NCBI GenBank assembly: GCA_951406725.2
Contig: OX597823.1
Span: forward strand, 73,408,001 to 73,472,000
From: Octopus vulgaris
Taxonomy: Eukaryota
DNA length: 64,000 nucleotides
Direction: 5' to 3'
In this document: positions 28,230 through 42,648 of the stretch, in pieces
Numbering within the stretch: position 1 is the stretch's first letter
Layout of the letters: each line of letters begins with the position of its first letter
Notes under the pieces: model-generated
The model's input: the letters and a program-made list of their open reading frames with translations, nothing else
Database searches by the model: none
Told to the model about the DNA's origin: nothing
Made by a program: the position numbers and the translations under genes

Positions 28230-29040
28230 ATGTATTTTAATATAATTTGTGTACATGTTATCGATAATCTTTCTTATTAGATTATACTATGGATCTGCCT
28301 TTAGCTTTGATGATTGTTTCAAAGACCGGAAGCCTTGACTTGTCTGCACTGAATAGTCATTATTCATTTCGAGCTTCATCTGGATAATGGAGACCTTCAG
28401 TGCTGCTATGATATTGTGAAGATGTCGATTAGTTCCCCTTTCAACAACGTTCCTCTTATATTCATCCATGGAATTTAAATCCAGGGATTTCAGAGGCCAC
28501 ACGTTTAGCGTCACATGATCCTGAACATTGTCTGACATCAATTCTTGTGTTATGTAGGCCTTGTGTGAAGGTTCTGAGTGCTACTGAAATACATATGTCC
28601 TTCCACTACGTACATCATTCATCCAGGGCCTAAGAATTGCTTCCTGCTCCACAACATATCCAACTGCATTAATTCTAAAATCCCGTAGAAAGATATGAGG
28701 CGGTATGAAATAACTTTCGTTGCTCACATTTCCTAAAGCCGTCACAGTGCGTCACTCTGGGAACTTCAGAAAGATATGCACATAACCATCTGCCAATCCT
28801 TCTGTTAGACTTTTGATCTTGACTGAAGCATTTTGTCTCATGAGAGGGTTTAGTAACGGCATGGCAAGGGTCAAACAGGTTCCCTATGTTTTTTTTCAGA
28901 CGTGAACTGGCCTCTTCTTAGTATATACAATACGTAGCGAATGACCTCGTGCATAATTAATTGAACCTCCTGTATTTTCTTTTTCCCAAAGCCAGGAACT
29001 TTTCAGCACCTCTCGATGGTAAGATTATAAAAAAAAAAAA
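28230..29040 (-). mobile_element. mariner/maT-like (DDxD) transposase fossil
   Basis: WPLKSLDLNSMD (compare WPPxSPDLNPxD) in ORF 28287-28541; decayed upstream sequence. Confidence 0.7.
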
Positions 29041-29066
29041 TAATCCATTTGGTGGGAGATAAATAC

Positions 29067-29274
29067 TATTTTATAAATACAATATATATTTTTATGAGAT
29101 ATTATTAGTTTCATGCGATGAAAGCATCTCAGCATTTTATAATATGACTGGTGCCTTCTCGCAGTCCCCAGTTTCGGGATTATGTGAAGTTATCACACTT
29201 GTTAAAAAATGCTGTCTGAGATGATTTCATCGCATGAAATTATTAGTAACTCTAAAAATATATACTGTGTTTAT

Positions 29275-29281
<7 letters not shown>
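29067..29281. repeat. Imperfect inverted repeat / MITE-like
   Basis: TTTCATGCGATGAAAGCATCTCAG vs CTGAGATGATTTCATCGCATGAAA, with AT-rich outer arms. Confidence 0.7.
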
Positions 29282-29340
<59 letters not shown>

Positions 29341-29343
<3 letters not shown>

Positions 29344-29491
29344 GGAGCTTAACGCAGGCGTAATTCAAATACTTTTACTTCCGACACATGTTTCGAAGAT
29401 ATCACTAATATTATTCCAAGGGAATAAATGGTGTAAAACAATGTAATCTTCTCTTGAATTAATGAATTAATGTTAACAAGGGAAAAATACA

Positions 29492-29495
<4 letters not shown>
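29341..29495 (-). mobile_element. PLE-type repeat fragment with a partial hammerhead, embedded in (TA)n
   Basis: Minus strand AAGA-GAAGAT...ATCTTC-GAAAC-ATGT-GTC; CUGA is decayed; (TA)n on both sides. Confidence 0.5.
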
Positions 29496-29536
<41 letters not shown>

Positions 29537-30819
29537 TGTTGCTGCATTTTAGAACGGTTGTGAATTGAGTGGCAATTCTCGGGTACTTCTACCTGATGAC
29601 TGACTATGTCGCACAGTATTTCTCAAACAATTTTAACTATCACATAAAACTACTGTCAACAGGTTGTTCTCCACAATAAACTACTTGCACAAAAGGCATT
29701 TTATCAACATAATATGGAATATCAAAACATTTCGATCAGGAATATTATTAGATGATAGACACTCAGAATAAACATTCAAAGTATTTTTTTCAAAATTAGG
29801 ACAATTAAATGATGTATCGGTTGCCCCTTGCCACCCTCTTTGTCGCCAGTAGCCATATAAATTTGAGAAACACTCGTTTTATTGCTATTTATGTAAATTT
29901 ATCATTGTTATATAATACTATATATATTTTAATAGATTTTTGCATATATTTTTATCGATTCAAAATACAGACAGTATTAGCGTTAAAACAATTATTGTTT
30001 TATTGTAAAATTTAAATATTTTGAAAATATTTTGAAAATGCCCATTGCAGTCCTTCACGTCTGAATGGTTAATTGTATGGTACAAAGTATTAATGCATAT
30101 AGTTAGAATAAATAATCTGATGAATAACTAGATGAAGAGAAACAGACATTGAACTCGTTCATAAATATACTCTCAAGTTCATACAAATCTAAAGAGAAGA
30201 GTAATAAGTGGTCGATATTGTTGTATGTATGTTATATATAATTATATAATGTGCTTAAGAGAGATAATTCTGTAATAGCTTTATATATTTTCATTACAAG
30301 ATATAATTATTCTACGGGCGAATAGGTTTTTGGAGACATTGAGCATGATAGACTGTAATTATTATAGATTTATATCTATAATACTGTATACATTTCTGAT
30401 GAATTAATGCTAGTTCCCAGGAGGGAAAACGCCGGTAGTTTAATAACAAAGTGCTACACCACTAAACATTCAGATAACGTGTTCGAAATCTGCATTTATA
30501 AACATATTCAGAGGAAATTGGTCTTGTGAAGTTCGCAAATTTGGACAGATTTGTATATAGCAGAGTGAAGAGAATATTGATGTTAGGAGTATGACCCTTC
30601 ATTTATGCTTCCTCCCTTAATGAAAACTTAGATGAACCGATAATTAAACTGCAGTTGTAGCTGACTGCAAATGTGTCAACTATTCAGTGAGAGGTTTATA
30701 TTTGCATGATACTGATTGTGATGTGGTGTCTCCATAACTTTTGGTCCAGAAACATCAGAAGATTATATCTATGTAACACGAGGTCTAGCTAACATCAGAA
30801 AGACACAACTAATGATGGA

Positions 30820-31270
30820 AGACAAGGTGTCAAACTGGCAGAATCGTTACCACGCCAAACAAAATGCCTGGCGGCATTTCGTCCAAAGGTGGCAAGCTGG
30901 CAGAATCGTTAGCACGCCGGGCGAAATGCTTAGCGGTATTTCGTCTGCCGCTACGTTCTGTGTTCAAATTCCGCCGAGGTCGACTTTGCCTTTCATCCTT
31001 TCGGGGTCAATTAAATAAGTACCAGTTACGCACTGGAGTCGATATAATCGACTTAATCCGTTTGACTGTTCTTCTTTGTCCTCTCTGTGATTAGCCCCTT
31101 GTGGGTAGTAAAGAAACAGGTATTTCGTCCAACTTTACGTGCTGAGTTCAAATTCCTCCGAGGTCGACTTTGCTTTTCATCATTTCTGGGTCGATAAATA
31201 AGCACCAGTTGAGCACTGGTAATAGACTTACCCATTATCCCAAACATTAGTGACCTTGTGCTAAAATTTC
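30820..31270 (+). mobile_element. SINE family A cluster
   Basis: Partial head, full copy and second body. Confidence 0.85.
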
Positions 31271-31445
31271 AGAGCAAAATTAATGATAGATGTTCATAGT
31301 ACACTTGATAGGTGAGTGTCATTGACTTTTTTCAACACACACACACACATACATACATACATACATAAAAGCATACATATATACATACATAAAAGCATAC
31401 ATATATACATACATATATATATATATATATATTTATAGAGAGAGA

Positions 31446-31972
<527 letters not shown>

Positions 31973-32012
31973 AACATACATACATACATACATACATACA
32001 TACATACATACA

Positions 32013-32045
<33 letters not shown>

Positions 32046-32962
32046 TCCAAAGTATGTACATCTGTCTCTTAGTATGTTCTACTCTGCACATATACGAATT
32101 TCTCCATGCTGCAAGGGTGCAGGATTTATTATAGTTTTATGACAGGCAGACCACTACGACAGGATGATTCGAATATATGTTTATGGCATAGTACTCAACC
32201 TCATTCACTCTCACATGTAAATAGATACCACTATTATACCTACCATCACCACCTACACCAATGACAACGACATTACCACCATTATTTTATTATCAAGACA
32301 ACTAGAAAAACTCAACATGGCGGAAAACAAATAACATATTTCTTTGAGGTCACATTTTACCTACTCAAATGAGTTGGACATATTGACTAGTTTGGTCTTA
32401 GATAAAATTACTCGACTGTAAATTGTATAGACATGGATGAAATTTTGTTATCAGCGAGTAAAGTGTGCCAATAATTATAACGTTGTTTTGGTTACCTATC
32501 ATCGTTGTCATTGTGAATAATGTCGGGCTTAAAACATTTTGAGAACCTCGAGTAAAGCAGTCTTATAACGTTAATGTAAGTTGATCAGGCGTTTATAGAG
32601 AGGAGGTCGATCTATACTGATCCAGAATTACGGCGAAGCAAACCAAGTGAACAGAATATACGAAATTGACACGCGAACACAAATCTGCAGTGATGCACTG
32701 GCAAACTCAGTACTCTCATAAAGGTCGCAAAATCTCTTGATAATGTTGCTGGTGCTGGTGCTGGTGTTATTTTTTTTTTAGCACCCAGATCGGTTTTTTT
32801 ATCAATCAAACAGGTCTATGGTGCACAAGTTGTTGTCCAGATATCACATGATTTATTTTGCAAGACGTATCATGCCATTGCTCAGCTGAAGAGAATACTC
32901 TATGCCCCGTCATCCATTAGTTAATCGTATAAGTTTTCTGGTATCAGCCGAGACACGTTGTA

Positions 32963-33028
<66 letters not shown>

Positions 33029-33379
33029 CTCTCTCTCTTTCTCTCTCCCTCTCTCTCTCTCTCTTTATCCTCTGTACAGTCTACTTCTGTACCTGTTGTT
33101 GATGTTTTACCCAAGGTTATCCCTCATAGAATTGGCTTATGATTAAAGGTATCCAAGCTGTGACCACTTTGTCTCTTTGCATATGGTGGACGATATTGTC
33201 CAATCTGTAAGTTAGTTGTGTGATTCGAGGATGAGCTGTTTCCTATTGAGCGTCAACGTAGAGGTTCCCTAGTTTGTTCTAGGCATCTGTACATACCCAT
33301 GCTCCAGACTGAAGGCGGGTGATGTGAACTCACCTGAGTGCGACAGTTATTGTTAGTGGTAATAGTGTTGTCGATGGAT

Positions 33380-33599
33380 ACTCTTTTACTTGCTTCAGTC
33401 ATTTGACTGCGGCCACGCTGGAGCACCGCCTTTAGACGAGCAAATCGACCCCAGAACTTATTCTTTGTAAGCCTAGTACTTATTCTATCGGTCTCTTTTG
33501 CCGAATCGCTAAATTACGGGGACGGAAACACACCAACATCGGTTGTCAAGCGATGTTGGGTGACAAACACAGACACACAAACATACACGCACGCACACA

Positions 33600-33654
<55 letters not shown>

Positions 33655-34180
33655 GTGAAGGCGCATGGCTCAGTGGTTAGAGCATCGAGCTTACGATCGT
33701 GTGGTTGTGAGCTCGAATCCCGGACCGGGCTGCGTGTTGTGTTCTTGAGCAAGGCACTTTATTTCACGTTGCTCCAGTTCACTCAGCTGTAGAAATGAGT
33801 TGCGACGTCACTGGTGCCAAGCTGTATCGACCTTTGTCTTTCCCTTGGATAACACTGGTGGCGTGGAGAGGGGAGGCTGGTATGCATGGGCGACTGCTGG
33901 TCTTCCATAAAAACAACCTTGCCCAGACTTGTGTCTAGGAGGGTAACTTTCTAGGTGCAATCCCATGGTCATTCATGACCGAAGGGAGTCTTTAAATTTA
34001 AATATATATATACTTATATACGACGGGCTTCTTTCAGTTTCCGTCTACCAAATCCACTCTCAAGGCTTTGGTCGGCCTGAGGCTATGGTAGAACACACTT
34101 GCCCGAGGTGCTACGCAGTGGAAATGAACCCAGAACCACGTGGTTGGTAAGCAAGCTATTTACCACACAGCCACTCCTAC
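33380..34180 (-). mobile_element. SINE family B interrupted by a SINE C insertion
   Basis: 3' half at 33380-33600 and 5' half at 34020-34180. Confidence 0.85.
33655..33993 (+). mobile_element. tRNA-derived SINE family C, nested in SINE B
   Basis: TGGCTCAGTGGTTAGAGC A-box and GAGCTCGAATCCC B-box-like motif. Confidence 0.85.
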
Positions 34181-35002
34181 AAAATAGAGTAAAATCAGAG
34201 AATTATGAAACTTTCTGAAGTTACTCCAACAAAACTGCAACAAATAAAGTTTGGCGACGTATGTTGAAAGATGAACCTTAAAACATTTGAAATCTATCCG
34301 AGGTCCATTTTGAAACTACAATGATGTAACAAAGGAGCCCAGACGACTATTAACATCTTGCAAATTATTTTCTTCAAATAATTAAGGTTAAAAATAGTTC
34401 CCATACTGGTTCTATGTGCTATGAAGTATGGGACTAATAAGTTTCAAAGTATTATACATTTGTTTTCTCCGATTGCTGCTAGAATGTTCTATTTATAACC
34501 TCTACATCTCCACAAAATAAATATCTTTCTTTAATTTCTTACATTGGCTCAATACCAGGAATTTATTGGGAAACGAGAATAATCAAATCTCAGTATATTG
34601 TTGGCACCTATTCTTTCAACTTTAGAGAAAATTAAAGGAAAAGATGACCCAGAGTTTGATCTGAAGAGTTTGTCTCCTTTAGGAGACAAACTATGGTGAT
34701 AAATCATTTATCTCATAACTTCATCGGTCAGTCTACTCCAGATTCATATATATATATATGAACATACATATGAACATATGTGCCTACTTACGTACACACG
34801 CGTTTATAAAATATTTAGATATATGATAGATATAGATACAAATATACACTTCTTTCATCAGCTCTCGACTAGAATGCCCAGCAATTTTCACGATGCCAAA
34901 CAGGATTCCCGCTATCAAGGAAGGATGGTGTCCATACTATAGCAATCTGGGCATAAGTATATCCACTCCAACCATCTCTCATTCCTCCATCTCCCTTTCT
35001 CC

Positions 35003-35035
<33 letters not shown>

Positions 35036-35067
35036 GTATGTGTGTGTGTGTGGTGAGAGAGAGACAG

Positions 35068-35148
<81 letters not shown>

Positions 35149-35219
35149 TTGTTTAATGTACATAGTGTATAGTTATGAGCTACTAATAGTTTCGTACATT
35201 GGCGATATTTTCTGGGCAA

Positions 35220-35480
35220 CTTTTTAAAATACTCCTAGTGTCTCCAAGCAACCTTAAGGACAGTGCAGAGGATTCGGAAATAGTTGGATGAGTCTAATGA
35301 TGATTACGAAGCTAAGGCAGCTTGGAAAACTCACTCTGATTGTTCTGATAAGAAAAGAACTCCTGATAGGTCCATCACCAGGGATATGGGAGTACCTAAG
35401 TTTCTTATCAGGCAGGTTGTGCATGAAGACATTTGGTATTCCACATACAAGATGAAAGGGTCAATTTTTATCCCAACCCA
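35220..35480 (+). mobile_element. mariner/maT-like transposase N-terminal fragment
   Basis: RSITRDMGVPKFLIRQVVHEDI.Y..YKM, an HTH-like segment typical of DD37D elements. Confidence 0.5.
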
Positions 35481-35540
35481 TTCATTATTGCAGACTGAAT
35501 GATTTTTAACTTCCCGATCTTTATTTTCTTTTTCTTCTCT

Positions 35541-35631
<91 letters not shown>

Positions 35632-35902
35632 AGATATATATGTTTAAATATATGCCCTATGTTTTTATATGTTATGTGTTCGCATGCTTATAATGGCTTA
35701 TATATTCCTTCTGTGTTTAGATATGTGTCGTCTTTGATAAGGAGTCTTTTTGGCCTTGGAACTTGTCTCATTCATATTAATACTCTAATCTAATCGCTCG
35801 GTAAATTGAGCCCTACGATGTTGTTTCTTGAAAAGAATTCGCCTCTATAATTTTTCATTACCTATATATGCTTTGAGATAGATCGACACAGGAATATATA
35901 TA

Positions 35903-36112
<210 letters not shown>

Positions 36113-36616
36113 CGGACGCACAAAGAGAAACAAAAGTGAGGGAGATAAGGAAGAGGGGAGAGAGCGAGAAAGGGGTAGAAAGGGATAGTAAAAATGAATA
36201 CGAAATCAAAACTGTTGCTGCGCGGCTGGAATAAATACAGTTACACCCAGAATGGTTACAGATACATGGATGAAGAGGAAGTAGTGCTAGAGTATGAACC
36301 CAAACTTTCATTGGTTGTAGCATTCCTGCTTGGAGCGCTGCAAGATGCCAAAACAATTGCGCACTCCAGTCGACAGCTAATGAAAGGGATGTTCTGCCAC
36401 GCAAGCGATAAAATATTATATCTTCATCTTTTGACTCTCTTCAGAAGTAATGCTAAGTACGAGAAATTGCCGGGGCGCTGTAACAGTAGTCATTAAAGAA
36501 TGTTATTTAAGACATTAGAGATTGCTGTTGTTAAAAGCTGCCTTCATTATTTTGAGATAGGGGTGATGTGTTGGAAGTAGCTAGCAAACACTTTACTACA
36601 CTGTCAGTTAACGAAG

Positions 36617-36683
36617 GGTAGTATAGTGGTAAGTATCCCCGCCTGTCACGCGGGAGACCGGGGTTCGATTCCCCGCCGGGGAG
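36617..36683 (+). pseudogene. tRNA-Asp(GTC) pseudogene lacking the first 5 nt of the acceptor stem
   Basis: TAGTATAGTGGTAAGTATCCCCGCCTGTCACGCGGGAGACCGGGGTTCGATTCCCCGCCGGGGAG matches metazoan tRNA-Asp; the 5' strand CGAAGGG pairs with CCGGGGA at only 2 of 7 positions. Confidence 0.85.
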
Positions 36684-36689
36684 GTTCAG

Positions 36690-36700
36690 TTTTTTTTTTT
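36690..36700 (+). terminator. Oligo-T (Pol III terminator-like) after the tRNA trailer
   Basis: T11 located 6 nt after the discriminator base. Confidence 0.6.
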
Positions 36701-39052
36701 AAACGACGGTGCATCAGCATGGCCACAGCTCTGAGCTGGAACAAGAAAAAGGAAAAAAAACAAAAAAAAAATATTAAATATACTGAGTTATAAACTATCA
36801 TGTCATTCGTTTTGTATACAGTTGAGACTCAGAATTATCTACTGTAAACATCAAAAGTTGTGTATAATTGATATCTTCCATTGATACAAAGACACAACAT
36901 TTATGGTGTCATAGTTAGTTTAATCAATATCAGTATATGACTTGTTCTTATCTCCTCAAACTACAAAGGATTTGTCTTCAGAAGCTTGAAAGTGAAACAA
37001 CTGAGAAGGATATTGTCTGCTCTTCTAGTAATTCTTTGAATTCCCTGATATTGTCGTTCTGTATAATAAGCAACTGCTTACTTCAATTTGAAGTGCTAAC
37101 CCCAAATTCTACCGATACAAAAGATAACCACGTTAAGCTTACTTAGCCAGATTTTGAGATGACGAAAATGTAAGAGTTTAGATCACGCTCCACTAATTTA
37201 TATTTCTTAAAGGATTCGCGAAAAGGAGCGACGTTATCAGAGCAGCTGCATTAGGAGAATTAGTTTCCTCTTCTACATAAAGCATTATTTATTGAAATAG
37301 TATTAAGCCTAGAGGTGTACAGCTAACAATAGATAGCCGATCTAACTACCTTGCTGTATAATAATTTCTTCTGTCTACATCTGATTTCAAATTCCTCCTA
37401 GGTAAACTTTGTGTTCTATTCATTTCAGGTCGTTAACGTAAAGAACAGAAATATATTATGACAGACTTGATTCAGGTCTAACTTTGGACAGTTTCACGAA
37501 CGCTATTCAAGAAGCAATGAAAACCAACCTTTACTTCCCTCCATTTCTAAAAGTGGACTCTTAGTTTTACATGCCTTTCATTGTGTAATTCAACAAAATT
37601 GATTTTTAACAGAAACCGAAATTAGGTCGGGATTCAATTTGTCCTAAGCTTTTATCCCTAACAATACAGCTATTCCATTTAAAATTTGCTGCTATATTTG
37701 CGTATCAAACTATAGAAAAAAACATAATTATCTGCAAAGAGATTTCTTTACAAAAACGTAATTTAGTGACTCGGATCTTTGCTCTGAATTTGAACACTGT
37801 CACGTATACATACCTGTTTCTCTGAATATATTTCATTGATTTTATATTGAAATATATAAGTCACGTAATGTGACTGATCGTGGGAACACAACCGAAAACT
37901 CTGTTTCTTTTTTAATATAGGAATGGAAAACTAACTTGACCAATCATATTCTCAACTTAATTTTTTATTTTATGTTCATCCGTGACAACACTGCATGTAT
38001 AAAGTACGTGACAAAATGAGTGAATGAATCATTTAGCTTGTAAAGTGAGAACAGATCTATGAGGCGTTTCTTTTATTGTGTGTGCGGACATGTGTGTAAA
38101 CATATAGACATGACAGAAATAATAGAACTTTAAATAGAGAAAAATAATAGAGAATAGAGCTTTAAATAAAATAAACAAAAAAGCTAATGGTATTTGAAAA
38201 CGGCCCTTTATGTCATGGGTTTACATCCTACTCGATAAAATAGGACCCAGTCCAAGTTCGATAGTCGACCAAACCATTGAAGGGGATGATCTACACACAC
38301 ACACACACATTCAGCATACACACAGATATACATACATGTTTATGATAGTTTCTGCATGCGTAATTATGTGCAATGAGTGTTATCTGTTTACATGCATGGC
38401 CATGCATAATTTAGACAAATAGCCAGAGGGAAGAACAATGAAAGGAACTAATATAACGAGTACCTGTGAGAACGAGTTTGTATATAGTATTGCCACAGTT
38501 AAATGGTTGGAACAAATATAAGAATTACATAACTTAAATGCATGTGCGTGTGTGAATGCATCCCAGCATGGCCACAGTCAAATGATTTGAACGAACCAGT
38601 GAAAGCATAAAAGTATGTGCGTGCGAGAGCATATCTGTGTGTCTCCAAATAAGTCCTGTACGGCAGCGAGACGAACTATGTGATTTTTCATGAAGGGAAA
38701 GAGATGAGCTTGCAGAATCATAAATACGCCGGGCAGAAGAATGCCAAGGGGTATTTTGTCTATTTTTACGTTCTGCCGAAGTTGACTTAGCCTTCCATTC
38801 TTGCAGGGTTGATAAAATAAGTACGATGCTCTGACGGTTCTATTAATTTTCTTCTTTGCTTCCTATGAAATGAATCATCATCATTCTTATTCTCAAAATG
38901 ATAACGTTGATGATGATATTTCTTTGGATGAGAAAATATTTAAACGTTTCCTTGGTAACTTTCAACCACAATTCTCCATTATTTTTTCATTTATCATTCC
39001 TTTAGCATATTTCTCTTTTCTATATTACCCCGCTTATCCTTTAACACTAGGA

Positions 39053-39121
<69 letters not shown>

Positions 39122-39488
39122 CCACTCTGTCTCTCTTTTCCTCTCTCTCTCTCTATCCCTCTCTCTCTTTCTCCCCTCCCTCCATCTCGCTCTCTTTCTT
39201 TCTCTCTCTCTCTCTCGCTCGTTCGTTCGCTCTTGTATTCCTAAATCTCATGTTTATTTCTGCTTCCTCTTCAGCTCCGTTGTCCTATATATGCTATTAT
39301 TCTCATCCACTCTTTTCTTTTCAGCTTCATTCCAATCTCTTCTAATTCATCTTAGACCTCTCATGTTTCTCCTTTTTATCTTATATTCCACCACCACCAC
39401 CCCGCCGCACCCTCCTCCCCCCGCTGCACGCGCTTCTCCAACTCGCTCACCTTCAACTCCTTTTATTTAAAACCCTCTTCTCCCTCAC

Positions 39489-39743
39489 CTGGCACCACTT
39501 GCATGACTCCTTGTGGTCCCGTTAAAGGAGCATGCTTAATACAACAGCACCATTATATAACAATGTAAAACTGCTTCAATAGACGAGATGTTCTTGGCCC
39601 TTATCGATTCTAGTTGCTTGATTTTCTAGAATTGTTTAGTTCCATCAGCTTTAGTTGGGTTTCCATTGAGTCTGGAAACCACTCAACTGAAGTGGACAGT
39701 ATCTGGATACTTCGATTGCTTTTATAACAATCAAACAGTATAA
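39489..39743 (-). other. Candidate spliced exon (UTR or lncRNA-like)
   Basis: TTATTTTTCTAG acceptor and CAG|GTGAGG donor around unique, non-repetitive sequence; no long ORF. Confidence 0.3.
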
Positions 39744-39960
39744 CTAGAAAAATAAGCGTACATTACGGAATATCACTTAAAAGTGCATTGATTGAATGCG
39801 ATTCAATATTTTATATAATTCTTCATATGTATGTGTTTAGCGCGTATGTATACGTCAATGCTGATTGTATAAATTCATGTTTATACATAAATTATACGTA
39901 TACAGAAAAACGAGGAAACAATTATATACTCACCCACGCACTCACTCCTTTTCTCGCTAT

Positions 39961-40002
<42 letters not shown>

Positions 40003-40349
40003 CCCACACATATACATATTACACATCCACACAGACACACAAACATATATACAATGTTTATGATAGTTTATGCATGCGTGTGTAACTATGTGTAAAGAGT
40101 GTTATCAGCTTACATGCATGACTATACATGATTTAGACAAATAGCCAGAGTGAAAAACAATGAAAAAGACTAATATAACAAGTATATGCGAGGGTGGGCT
40201 TGTACATAGAGAGTGATATAAAACCCGATACAGAGAGCGAAATAGAGAGCGATATACAGAGCAAAATAGATTTTGCGGGGTAGTTATTAAAGTGTAACTA
40301 GAACATATATTCAAAAGTTGTTTAGGCATATACGTACGTATAAATTTAT

Positions 40350-40382
<33 letters not shown>

Positions 40383-40524
40383 CATATATATATATACTAT
40401 TACATATATTTATATATAGGTATATATATATATTTCTATATATGTACTTAAATACATACAATGATATACATAAACTCGCCTATATATATTTGAAAAGGAA
40501 ATAGATAGGTAGATAGATAGATAT

Positions 40525-40602
<78 letters not shown>

Positions 40603-40776
40603 TGATCGATTGATTGATTGATTGATTGATTGATTGCTGGATATGAACAAACATGTGAGGGTGCTTGCGTGAGTGAGTAAATGACCATAGAAATGCAATT
40701 AAGTAGAGAATTTTTGAGTTTCAGGAGACAATTGATGGGAATAAATGCAGTAAATTACAAACGCTCATGTGTATGC

Positions 40777-40899
<123 letters not shown>

Positions 40900-41779
40900 A
40901 TATATAATATATAATATATATATACATATATATGTGTGGAGAGAGAGTGAGTTAGAGAGAGAGGCAGAGACAGAGACAGAAGTATATAGATCTAAATCGA
41001 TATGATTAGATGCACAAATATTCATATCCATAATATAAGCTTGCATCTATACATATACGATATATGTGTGAGTTTGTTTACATGCGTGCACTATGTATCT
41101 ACGTTTATGTGAACCTGGTACACTCTGTGGAATGTCTGTTTATGAATAAACAATTAGCACAGCTAAGATAAGTACTCTCCACTTCATCCTGATTATTTCA
41201 GTAGAGAATCTCACTGCACCATCTGCAGAAACTCAACTCAACTATAGTAATACAGGTTATTGATTTGACTGGAGGCCACTAAAATGGAATATCAAAGATA
41301 TAAATGTTTTGTTCACTATAATGTAGTCCAGTATAAAGTTTTGTATATGGACTCATGCGTGTACACTTGTGTGGTGAACTAGTTCGTTATGCCATGGCTA
41401 GGTTCCAGACTCTATACCATTAGGCGGCACCTCGGGCAAGTGTCTTCTACCATAAACTTCAAGTTATTCAATACTATGTGAATTGTATTTTAAAATGCTG
41501 TAGTATTGCTGCCTCCTATAACTGAACCCATATGTCTGTGTGTGCTTATGTGTGTGTGTATATGTATATATATAAATATAGTGCCCCAGCATGGCCACAG
41601 CCTCAGAGCTGAAACGTGAAAGGAATAAAAGAATATATAAATATATGTGTGTGTGTATGTACATATGTAAGTATTATGTATGTATTTATACATATAGATG
41701 TGTAGCGTACACTCGAGTGAAATTCCTCTCCTCTCTATTGTATATACATACATACGAACGTATGATAACAGCTATATAA

Positions 41780-42080
41780 CAGCTAGCCTTTGGCCGCATT
41801 CTGGACTCTGTTGTGCCCACTTCTCTGATTGGTTGGTATTGGCGCAATTTGTCTCCTGCTCTATCACGCGTCAATATGCAACCCAACCAATCGCAGCATT
41901 CAAATAAGGTCACGTGTGACAGCCTGTTTTCTACCCAGCTTCCTATGAGACTCCATGAGACTTCCTATGAGACTCCAGCTTCTCCTCGTCCCGGTGTCTT
42001 TCGGCACCAAACCTTTTAAGGTCTAGCCAATGACCACACAAAACATTGCCAGTTCCAGCGACAACACAACAGCAGCCACG
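41780..42080. promoter_or_regulatory. Promoter-like motif cluster
   Basis: ATTGG and CCAAT boxes on both strands, two CACGTG, one ACGCGT, locally GC-richer. Confidence 0.3.
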
Positions 42081-42090
42081 TGTGTGTGTA

Positions 42091-42140
<50 letters not shown>

Positions 42141-42142
<2 letters not shown>

Positions 42143-42648
42143 GGGAGAATTCACAAAAAAACAAAAGACGAAGACAGGTGGTGTAGACAACAAGCAGGTG
42201 TATTAGTTTAACGCTTGGGGAGTGAAAAAGTCTTTAACGTTTCGAGCCTACGCTCTTCCACAGAAAGAAACAGGGAGAGAAAATAAAGAATGTGTAGTGG
42301 CTAGCGATCTATCGGGACGAATGCCGGAGAGAAGGGATCACAAGGGAGAGCTAGGAAGAAGGGAAGATAATAAAATAGTGATGACCCCAAAATGAAGGTG
42401 CGCGTGCGTTTGTATATGAGAGCGTGTATGTGCGTGTGGAAGAGGGCTGGTGACCTTGACGTGTGTGTGCATGTGTGTGTGGACGATGGTGTGGGTGCTG
42501 GAAAGTGGTCAGTGCTAGTGTGTGTGGTGACGCTATGTGATGTGGTGTGGTATGGTGGTGTGTGGGGCGGTAGTGTGTAGTGTGATGGTGTTGAGAGGCG
42601 AGAGTGGAGAAAGCAAGGGTGGGGTGGGGGTTAGGCTGAGGGTGGGGG
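42141..42648 (-). mobile_element. (TA)n-anchored non-autonomous repeat carrying a minimal hammerhead motif (copy 1)
   Basis: Homologous to 45343-45975, 60977-61110 and 63069-63247; motif at 42231-42268. Confidence 0.75.

Noticed and set aside
30396-30445. CTGATGA...GAAAACGCCGGTA hammerhead-like words
   Set aside because: Helices I and II do not pair convincingly
34661-34703. CTGAAGA followed by a perfect hairpin (AGTTTGTCTCCT-TT-AGGAGACAAACT)
   Set aside because: Lacks GAAA after helix II and lacks an NUH site; at most a dead hammerhead relic
36612-36683. Functional tRNA-Asp gene
   Set aside because: The acceptor stem cannot form (5 of 7 pairs lost)
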